Shown: positions 57,522 through 64,000 of the stretch, piece by piece
How the letters are laid out: every line of letters starts with the position of its first letter
How positions within the stretch are numbered: position 1 is the stretch's first letter
Virus record (IMG/VR): IMGVR_UViG_3300047585_000208
Location: 73,891 to 137,890 of that record
Source of the DNA: a virus
Direction: 5' to 3' (one strand)
DNA length: 64,000 bases
The notes under the pieces: generated by a model
The model's database searches: none
The model's input: only the letters and a program-made list of their open reading frames with translations
Told to the model about the DNA's origin: nothing
Translations under genes and position numbers: made by a program

Positions 57522-59138
57522 ATGCTTATTGCTGAACTTGAAAAGAAAGCGTCATCCAGCGAACTCGTTAGCGCCTTTTTAGCGAGTTGCCGTAAGTCTA
57601 GGCTTTCTGATAAAAACATTACGGATTTGATTAAAACAGCTGTTTTGATTGCCCCGGAGATTGCTGAAGAGTTTGCGAGCCTTGGGTGGAAGAAAGAAGC
57701 TGTTGGCCCGACCACGCCGCTGCCACCACCTGTTCAGCCCCAAATGGCTCCTCCGGCAATGCCCCAGCAGCCAGCTCCGAGTCAGGCAGCTCCTCAAACA
57801 CCTATGCCTGGAAGTACTCAGCCGTCGTCTAATCAGCTAGGCCATCCAGAACAGCCTCATCAAGTTAAAAGTACTTCTGGAATGCCGACTGGTTTGACTA
57901 CAGCAGGTTTCGGGCAAGCGCTTCAGCCGCCCGGACAGCCAATGCAGCCACCCTTGCCGCCGCCTGGTATGCAGAGAATGGCGGCTTATAAACCTCATGA
58001 GGACGTTTATATTACAGCGATTAGGAAAGAAGCACATCCTTTGTTGATGGGGCTCGCTACTGGTGCTCGTATTGCTGCTCCAGTTGCCGCAGCAGGAGTA
58101 AGAAGTCTATTGCCAAGAGTTGGAGGTTGGTTAGGTAGCGCGGCAAGTCGGTTCGGGGCTTCTTGGTTTGGTCAGCACGTTATGCCGCACGTTGCCGTGA
58201 TGGGGGCATTTGAAGCAATACCAGCTATTCGTAACACAATCGCCGGACCAGACCCTAAACAGCAAGCAATAAGCGCAGCTCAAGGATCTGGAATGCAGCT
58301 AGCTCAGGCCGCTTCTCTCAACAATCAAGAAGCTTTTAATAAAGTCGTTGGTTCAGCTGGCCAATATCCTGCTGTAGCAGGGGCTTTGCAGCAGCTTTGG
58401 AATAACCCAGCTACTCGTCAACATCTCGCAAACCAAGATACCGCTTCTAATGCCGTTTATCAGATGCATCAGCATCTTAAGACAAACCCGAACCTTACCG
58501 GTGAGCAGCTTGGGCAGGTAATGCTTAATCAGCTCCCAAAAACAGCTGCTAGCAAGAAAGCTTTCACTCTTCAAGACATAGCGAGCAATCTTGGCGAAGT
58601 TCCTGGGCGTTTAGCTGAAACTTGGAATGGTCTTGACCCAACGAATAAAGCCGTTACTGGGGTTAGTGGTGGATTACTGGCTGCTGGGCTGCTTCAGACG
58701 CTCAGAGATCGTGAAAGTAACACTGGCCCACTTATGGCCCTTGCTGGTGCTGGGGGCGGCTTATATGGGCTTTCGAACGGTCATCCTAGCAACATGCTCC
58801 AAACAGCTAAAAATATTGCTGTGGGGCAGCCTAGGGCTGCTACTGGGCAACCTACTACAAGCGGCGGGTTATCGCTGGAGCAGGCTGCTGGGCATCCTCA
58901 ACTGTCTAAGTTTTTTGGAGCTGGCGGTTCGCCGAGGTTTAGTGACATAGTTAAAGCTCCGGATGCGGAGCTTCAAGCCGGAATTAAGCTACTTGCACCA
59001 GAGGCTCGAATGAAGCTTCATCAACAAGTTGGTAGTTTTCAGCCAGGAATGGCTCAAAGCATGGGTGCTAAAATGCTTGGGATTGATGTCGAAGGACAGC
59101 GAAAAAGGCTGCTTGGGCTCCTAGGGGGCGCAGCTTAA
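57522..59138 (+). CDS. P/Q/G/A-rich probable virion internal protein
   Basis: Repeated KxA motifs (KKA, KTA, KEA) delimiting low-complexity and GxxxG-rich segments. Confidence 0.6.
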   Translation: MLIAELEKKASSSELVSAFLASCRKSRLSDKNITDLIKTAVLIAPEIAEEFASLGWKKEAVGPTTPLPPPVQPQMAPPAMPQQPAPSQAAPQTPMPGSTQPSSNQLGHPEQPHQVKSTSGMPTGLTTAGFGQALQPPGQPMQPPLPPPGMQRMAAYKPHEDVYITAIRKEAHPLLMGLATGARIAAPVAAAGVRSLLPRVGGWLGSAASRFGASWFGQHVMPHVAVMGAFEAIPAIRNTIAGPDPKQQAISAAQGSGMQLAQAASLNNQEAFNKVVGSAGQYPAVAGALQQLWNNPATRQHLANQDTASNAVYQMHQHLKTNPNLTGEQLGQVMLNQLPKTAASKKAFTLQDIASNLGEVPGRLAETWNGLDPTNKAVTGVSGGLLAAGLLQTLRDRESNTGPLMALAGAGGGLYGLSNGHPSNMLQTAKNIAVGQPRAATGQPTTSGGLSLEQAAGHPQLSKFFGAGGSPRFSDIVKAPDAELQAGIKLLAPEARMKLHQQVGSFQPGMAQSMGAKMLGIDVEGQRKRLLGLLGGAA

Positions 59139-59183
59139 ATTCAGGCAAAAATGGGGCATAATTTAAAGAGTCAGGCTTAGGTT

Positions 59184-59254
59184 TAAGCTCGGGTTGTCGC
59201 TTCAGCGTTATCAATTACACAGGTTCGCGTTGAAGCACTGTTTATCCGAGTTTA
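59184..59254 (+). ncRNA. Y-RNA-like stem-loop, copy 1
   Basis: Outer stem TAAGCTCGG/CCGAGTTTA, GTTGT internal loop, inner stem GCTTCAGCG/CGTTGAAGC, GCGTTATC and TTATCCG motifs; upstream of Ro60. Confidence 0.62.
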
Positions 59255-59263
59255 TTGAACTAT

Positions 59264-59331
59264 GGCCGCGGGTTGTATGACGAGCGTTATCCTACGGAGA
59301 TAAAATGCTCGTTAACTTTTTATCCGCGGCT
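59264..59331 (+). ncRNA. Y-RNA-like stem-loop, copy 2
   Basis: GCCGCGG/CCGCGGC outer stem, ACGAGCG/TGCTCGT inner stem, same motifs, followed by a T run. Confidence 0.65.
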
Positions 59332-59339
59332 TTTTGAAA

Positions 59340-59428
59340 CTGCCTTCAGGTGAACGAGTTGTGTGCTGTAGCGTTAACATTTTAAGTTACGCCGCTATGG
59401 TTGATTTTATTCGTTCACTTGAAGGTAG
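59340..59428 (+). ncRNA. Y-RNA-like stem-loop, copy 3
   Basis: Long outer stem CTGCCTTCAGGTGAACG/CGTTCACTTGAAGGTAG, GTTGT, TAGCG/CGCTA, GCGTTAAC and TTATTCG. Confidence 0.6.
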
Positions 59429-59465
59429 CTCTACTGCGTTACCGCCCTGTTGTTCTACCACCCTC

Positions 59466-59528
59466 CCGCGGGTTGTATGACGAGCGTTATCCTACGGAGA
59501 TAAAATGCTCGTTAACTTTTTATCCGCG
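59466..59528 (+). ncRNA. Y-RNA-like stem-loop, copy 4
   Basis: 63-nt exact duplicate of 59266-59328. Confidence 0.65.
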
Positions 59529-59549
59529 TTTCTACTGTTCTGCTACTAC

Positions 59550-59606
59550 GAGCAGCCCTAGGTAGGGCTGCTCTCTTTTTCATCGTCAGTCTAAATTTCT
59601 CTTAGC
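59550..59606 (+). repeat. Partial copy of the 102-bp repeat (terminator hairpin)
   Basis: GAGCAGCCCTA-GG-TAGGGCTGCTC then TCTTTTTCATCGTCAGTCT...; loop is GG where the other copies have CC. Confidence 0.85.
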
Positions 59607-59631
59607 CCGGAGCACCTTTTTTGAGTCCTAT

Positions 59632-59697
59632 GTGCGGGTCGTAGTTTCAGCGTTATCTACCTACAATAAGTTGCGCTGATGCACAAATTATCCGCAT
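59632..59697 (+). ncRNA. Y-RNA-like stem-loop, copy 5
   Basis: TGCGG/CCGCA outer stem, GTCGT, TCAGCG/CGCTGA inner stem, GCGTTATC and TTATCCG, followed by a T run. Confidence 0.62.
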
Positions 59698-59754
59698 TTT
59701 TCTTTTGCCTGGGTGCGTTATCCGGGCGATTTGAGGTAACTGGAGGAGCGCCAA

Positions 59755-61464
59755 ATGTCGACGAATTATGCAGAGCACTTGCGGGAAGTTCCGCAGTCTG
59801 AGGCCATTCCTGGCCAGCCAATGGTACAGAACAACGCAGGTGGCTTTGTGTTCGCGGTAACGCCGTGGACACAGCTTGACAGGTTCTTGGTACTAGGTGC
59901 TGAAGGTAATACCTATTACGCTACCGAACGTAAGATGACAATCGCCAATGCCGAGAACGTTTTGAAGTGCCTTGAACAGGACGGCAAGCGCGTTGTCGAT
60001 CGCATCGCTAAAATCAGCCAGGCCGGCCGAGCCCCGAAGAATGACCCGGCCATCTTTGCTTTGGCACTGTGCGTCGCCAAGGGTAATCCGGAAACAAAGG
60101 CAGCAGCTTGTCAGGCTCTTTCACGAGTCTGCCGAATTCCGACGCACTTATTTCAGTTCATGAAGATGTACAAAGCGCTTGGCGGCAAACGGGGTCGGCA
60201 GCTTCGCCGAACACTCTGCGAGTGGTACGGCGATTACCCGAGTGCGGATTTTCTCGGGTACCACGTAACAAAGTATCAAGAAAGGGAAGGTTGGAAGCAT
60301 CGCGATGTGCTTCGGTACGCTTACAGCGCGATGAAGGCTCGCGAAACTCCAGTAGAAGGGCTGCATCAGAGGTTCGACAACAACATCAGCGATGTGCTTT
60401 ACTGGTGTGTCAACGGCTGGTCCGATGTCGGAGAAGATCCGCATCCTCAGCAGCATCTCCTTCCGATATGGGCGTTTGAAAAAGCCAAACGCGCTAAGTC
60501 CAAGGAAGAAGTTGTTAGGTTGATCCAGAGTTACAATCTTCCTCGCGAGTGCGTTCCAACGCAGTTTCTGACCGAAGCCTCAATTTGGGAAGCCTTGCTC
60601 GAACGAATGCCGATGACGGCCATGATTCGTAGTCTTTCGACTATGACGCGAGTTGGGCTACTCGCGCCGATGTCCAATGCCGTTAAGAAAGTTCTGGACG
60701 AGCTCAGTAACTCTGAACGGCTCGCAAAATCCAGAATCCACCCAATGGCTGTTTTGACTGCTCTCAAGACCTATTCGGATGGGCGCGGTGTTCGTGGTTC
60801 TACAACTTGGACGCCAGTTCCGCAGATCGTAGATGCCTTGGACGGGGCATTTTACATGGCTTTTTCGAATGTCGAGTCAACCGGCAAACGTTGGTTACTC
60901 GCGCTCGATGTTTCCGGCAGCATGGATACCGGGGTTGTCGCAGGCTGTGCTGGGATAACCCCCAGAGTGGCCAGCGCGGCAATGTCCTTAGTCACCGCGA
61001 ATGTTGAAAGTCAGCACGCGTTTGTTGCTTTTACGTCTGGTGGTTGGACTGCCCCACGAGCTGGCCTAAGTCAGTGGGCTAGCGATGGGCTTGGCAACGC
61101 TATTACCCCGCTGTCGATTTCTCCAAGGCAGCGAGTTGACGACGTTTGCGAGCAGATTCGAGAGTTGCCAATGGGCGGTACTGACTGCGCTTTGCCGATG
61201 CTATATGCGGCCGAGCAGAAGATTCCGGTTGATTGTTTCGTTATTTACACAGATAACGAGACTTGGGCTGGTCGAGTTCATCCGACTGTGGCTTTAAGGG
61301 AGTATCGTCAGAAGCTGGGTATTCCTGCGAAGTTGATTGTGGTTGGGCTTACGTCAACCGGCTTTACGATTGCCGATCCGGCTGATGCTGGTCAGCTAGA
61401 TATGGTTGGTTTCGACGCAGCTGCTCCTGAGCTGATGTCAGATTTTGTTCGGGACGAGTTGTAG
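59755..61464 (+). CDS. rsr: Ro60/TROVE RNA-binding protein with vWA domain
   Basis: VQNNAGGFVF, RFLVLG.EG.TYY, GRAPKNDPAIFALA, KYQ.REGW.HRD, MIDAS LDVSGSM, GGTDCALPM, TDNETW and VGFD. Confidence 0.97.
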   Translation: MSTNYAEHLREVPQSEAIPGQPMVQNNAGGFVFAVTPWTQLDRFLVLGAEGNTYYATERKMTIANAENVLKCLEQDGKRVVDRIAKISQAGRAPKNDPAIFALALCVAKGNPETKAAACQALSRVCRIPTHLFQFMKMYKALGGKRGRQLRRTLCEWYGDYPSADFLGYHVTKYQEREGWKHRDVLRYAYSAMKARETPVEGLHQRFDNNISDVLYWCVNGWSDVGEDPHPQQHLLPIWAFEKAKRAKSKEEVVRLIQSYNLPRECVPTQFLTEASIWEALLERMPMTAMIRSLSTMTRVGLLAPMSNAVKKVLDELSNSERLAKSRIHPMAVLTALKTYSDGRGVRGSTTWTPVPQIVDALDGAFYMAFSNVESTGKRWLLALDVSGSMDTGVVAGCAGITPRVASAAMSLVTANVESQHAFVAFTSGGWTAPRAGLSQWASDGLGNAITPLSISPRQRVDDVCEQIRELPMGGTDCALPMLYAAEQKIPVDCFVIYTDNETWAGRVHPTVALREYRQKLGIPAKLIVVGLTSTGFTIADPADAGQLDMVGFDAAAPELMSDFVRDEL

Positions 61465-61465
61465 C

Positions 61466-61567
61466 GTATCGTTGTTGCCTAAGTTTCTCATGAGCAGCCC
61501 TACCTAGGGCTGCTCTCTTTTTCATCGTCAGTCTGAATTTCTCTTAGCTCTGAGTAACGCATTACTC
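61466..61567 (+). repeat. 102-bp repeat (terminator hairpin + palindrome), copy 2
   Basis: Near-identical to 30701-30802; begins 2 nt after the Ro60 stop. Confidence 0.92.
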
Positions 61568-61633
61568 AACTCTTGGGCAGAAGCCACAACTGCCACAAAA
61601 TAAACGCCGCAGCCAAATGGAGTAGGAGCAGCT

Positions 61634-62218
61634 ATGCCAGTTGAATGTCGGCTCGACGGCAAGGTCGAGTTAAAGAAGTGTGAAGACGTCGTTCGAATCA
61701 TCAGCGATATTGAACGCATCGTTTCTCGGGCTGATGCAAGGAACAGGCATGAGGACTTTGACATTGACACTCTGACCATTTCGATGTACAGGCAAACCGT
61801 CGGACAAACTCCAACTGACTACATCCAACATATTTACCGAGAGCCGGATGGTCTAGAATTCACGCTGGAAGTCAGAGGCAATCAGATTTTCAAGATCAGC
61901 GAAGCTACCGCAGTTGAAGAGCTTTTGCTTGATCTCAGTGATTACGCTATTGAGCCAGCTTTGATCGAGCAAAAGGTTGACGATCAGAGTGATTTCGTGT
62001 ATATTGGACACCCTGAGCGTGAAGCTGAGACTTACAGTAAGCAGTCACTTCAAATTTGCTTGCAAGAAGCCAATCAGCTTCTGATAGACGATCTCCTTGC
62101 GTTGGCGGATTCTGTCGAGGAAAAGCTGGATAAGCTCGAAAAGGATAATGCTGCCGAAGACGATCTTGAAGAGGCGCGGAGAGATATGCGTATTGAAATG
62201 GAAATGGCTGCGGACTAA
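61634..62218 (+). CDS. Acidic hypothetical protein
   Basis: AGGAG RBS; 194 aa. Confidence 0.65.
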   Translation: MPVECRLDGKVELKKCEDVVRIISDIERIVSRADARNRHEDFDIDTLTISMYRQTVGQTPTDYIQHIYREPDGLEFTLEVRGNQIFKISEATAVEELLLDLSDYAIEPALIEQKVDDQSDFVYIGHPEREAETYSKQSLQICLQEANQLLIDDLLALADSVEEKLDKLEKDNAAEDDLEEARRDMRIEMEMAAD

Positions 62219-62294
62219 GTAAAGTACTGTCCCTCGGCAGAGGGCTTATATCCGCTGTAGGTAGTGGCTCTAGCAATAGGGGGAAAAGGATGCG

Positions 62295-62783
62295 ATGAAG
62301 ATCTTTTCGTTTCGAGGATTGCTGATTACCGGATTGCTCGGGTTTTGTGGATATCGCGCGACGTATCTGGGGTACTCCCATTATGTTGCGCCAGTCGTTG
62401 CTGGTTTTTCTGGTCCAAGACCCGATAACTTTTCCGGCTTTGGCCATGAACTTCTAGGAAGCCTTTCAAAGGTCGATCGCTGGCAGCTCGTTGACAACGA
62501 TCGCGAATGGGGTCTCATTCTCAAGCCAGCTAATAGGTTGCGTATTAATTTGCGAACCGACTGGCAAGGAAAGAGTAAAGGGTTTCTTGGAAGTGTTCGT
62601 ACCTCTGTCCTTCTTGACGGCGAACCGGTCACGGTCCTTAGCGACTATGATTTGGAGCAAATCGAAGTCAGAGGCGGAGAGGTTGCCAAGCAGCTGAGAG
62701 AGCAGCTACTTGCCAACCAACAAAAAGCACTGCGTGAGGTGCTTGTTCCTGGTACCGAGTTCCCGCTCAGCACCAAGAAGTAG
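62295..62783 (+). CDS. N-terminally anchored hypothetical protein (paralog set)
   Basis: TM/signal N-terminus; VLLDGEPVT.LS..DL..I. Confidence 0.6.
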   Translation: MKIFSFRGLLITGLLGFCGYRATYLGYSHYVAPVVAGFSGPRPDNFSGFGHELLGSLSKVDRWQLVDNDREWGLILKPANRLRINLRTDWQGKSKGFLGSVRTSVLLDGEPVTVLSDYDLEQIEVRGGEVAKQLREQLLANQQKALREVLVPGTEFPLSTKK

Positions 62784-62840
62784 ATCGTAAGACGAGAAGC
62801 ATGGATTTGGGTACTTCTATTTCACACACGGAGAAAGCAA

Positions 62841-63266
62841 ATGTTCGATCAGCTTGAGGCTCTTTTGGACAACACGGATTGGCAAACCACGGTTACTTTG
62901 GCTTTGGTGGTTTTGATCTTCGGCAAGTCGGCCATTGGCGTGGTCGCCGGTCGGCGGTTCGGCCGCAACACCAATACCGCGACCAGCGGTAATGGTTTGT
63001 TTCTGCAACAGCTTCTGCAAGATCCTGAGTCTCCTCACCTTGACGTTCTTCCTGGTAACGTCGTTCGCGCCGGCGAAGTTCACTTCAAACGCGGTTGGAC
63101 TGGTCTGAAGATCACGGATAGCCGTGGTTACAGCCTGACCAAGGGCACCACTTCAGCTGACCGTCGGGCAATTCGTCGGCAGCTGCGCGCCATGAAGACG
63201 CGCGTTCGTTCGAACTACGCGACCAATGTCATCAAGAATTCGGTCGCGACTGTCTGCGGTCGCTGA
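62841..63266 (+). CDS. Single-TM hypothetical protein (paralog set)
   Basis: GGAG RBS; TM helix; architecture similar to 63511-63960. Confidence 0.6.
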   Translation: MFDQLEALLDNTDWQTTVTLALVVLIFGKSAIGVVAGRRFGRNTNTATSGNGLFLQQLLQDPESPHLDVLPGNVVRAGEVHFKRGWTGLKITDSRGYSLTKGTTSADRRAIRRQLRAMKTRVRSNYATNVIKNSVATVCGR

Positions 63267-63350
63267 GCTTAGATCGATCCCTAGTTTGGGATAATCTACT
63301 AACCAAGTCCCCTGGCGGAGGGTTATATCCGCCAGTTTTGGTTGCAAGCA

Positions 63351-63505
63351 GCCGGCAGATTGCCGGCCAAGTGAACTTCTTTGAACCTGAAACAACTAGG
63401 GGCAGTTAGCCCCGAAGTAACGCCTGTGGAGTCGTCATGGGACGACAGTGAAGCAGGAACTACACCGCGAGCAGGCTTACGTCTGCTCACAAGGTAGAAA
63501 GCAGT
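63351..63505 (+). mobile_element. Non-autonomous deletion derivative of the 19.9-21.3 kb TnpB element carrying the omega-RNA region
   Basis: 63351-63379 matches 19949-19977 and 63380-63505 matches 21135-21260. Confidence 0.88.
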
Positions 63506-63510
63506 AAACC

Positions 63511-63960
63511 GTGGAACGCATCGAGCAATATCTGAAGACGGCGAGCGATTTCGCCGGGGTGGATCAGTGGGTGATCGTGGCCGTGCTCGCGCTGACGTTG
63601 GTCGGCCGGACGGCGTTTGATGGTGTTCGTTATCTTTTGAGGCGTGGGTCTTCTGGTTCGACTACGCTTTTCGGCGAACAGGTTGTGTCTGCGCTTGCGG
63701 GCCGGCTGACAACGTCTTCGTACTCTCAGTATCGGCAAGCACTAACGAATGGCCGTGTGGTTGTTGGTCTGACTAAGCGAGAATTTCCTAGTTTCCGGTC
63801 CAAGATGATTGTCTTTGTTGGTGGAGAAGATGTTACGTCGCATCTTAGCAAGGCCGACCTTAAAGCTATTTGGCAAAAGTACAAGTCGGTCAGGGTAGAG
63901 GCAATTCGTCTTACGCGAGAAGTTGCACTGCGTAAGGCGTTGGCAAGTCTTACGGCTTAA
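63511..63960 (+). CDS. Single-TM hypothetical protein (paralog set)
   Basis: TM helix; VFVGGEDVT..LSKADL..I. Confidence 0.6.
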   Translation: MERIEQYLKTASDFAGVDQWVIVAVLALTLVGRTAFDGVRYLLRRGSSGSTTLFGEQVVSALAGRLTTSSYSQYRQALTNGRVVVGLTKREFPSFRSKMIVFVGGEDVTSHLSKADLKAIWQKYKSVRVEAIRLTREVALRKALASLTA

Positions 63961-64000
63961 TTCATTTCAAATTTGACGGCGCGAATCTGATAAGAGACAG

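Larger units (their letters stand above)
7165..61568. repeat. Dispersed 18-bp palindrome family TGAGTAA(C/T)GC(A/G)TTACTCA, 27 copies
   Basis: Copies start at 7165, 7497, 7768, 11068, 14158, 14485, 15541, 15931, 19609, 21740, 23532, 25777, 28838, 30786, 31416, 31730, 34693, 36777, 38757, 41257, 45677, 48451, 50263, 51895, 51956, 57459 and 61551; half-site at 19862. All sit at gene junctions or gene ends. Confidence 0.97.

Noticed and set aside
59184-59697. Repeats upstream of Ro60 as CRISPR or tRNA genes
   Set aside because: Units vary in sequence while keeping structure, spacing is irregular, and no cloverleaf, full T-arm or CCA end is seen.
15930-61779. Many ORFs on both strands starting with or containing MSNALL / MRY / MHYS
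   Set aside because: These are translations of the 18-bp palindrome, not a protein family. True starts lie after the downstream RBS.
1-64000. Apparent abundance of AGCT and G/T skew on the + strand
   Set aside because: Only a visual impression; it could not be counted and may reflect codon usage on a single coding strand.

Overview
This window looks like part of a large (jumbo-like) dsDNA phage genome, with essentially all real genes on the + strand. 1-14 kb is a replication/recombination module: SbcC/Rad50, SF2 helicase, DnaB-like helicase, primase, UDG-fused family A polymerase and RecA-like recombinase. The middle holds nucleotide/RNA-metabolism genes (HD hydrolases, MazG-like, DnaQ-like exonuclease, RuvC-like, Thg1-like), membrane proteins, proteases and glycosyltransferases. 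The later part holds a probable portal, Q/P/G-rich virion-type proteins and a Ro60/TROVE gene. Two IS607-type TnpB elements and a ~155-bp deletion derivative are also present. Most notable: (1) 27 copies of an 18-bp palindrome TGAGTAAYGCRTTACTCA at gene junctions, often supplying the upstream stop codon and often followed at fixed spacing by a second hairpin; (2) nine small Gly-rich ORFs, many bounded by that palindrome; (3) five tandem Y-RNA-like stem-loops directly upstream of Ro60; (4) an orphan Cas12m-like effector with no CRISPR array in the window; (5) a membrane-anchored ubiquitin-like protein ending in GG; (6) a stand-alone copy of the TnpB omega-RNA region. All calls come from reading motifs by eye; no database searches or folding programs were run.
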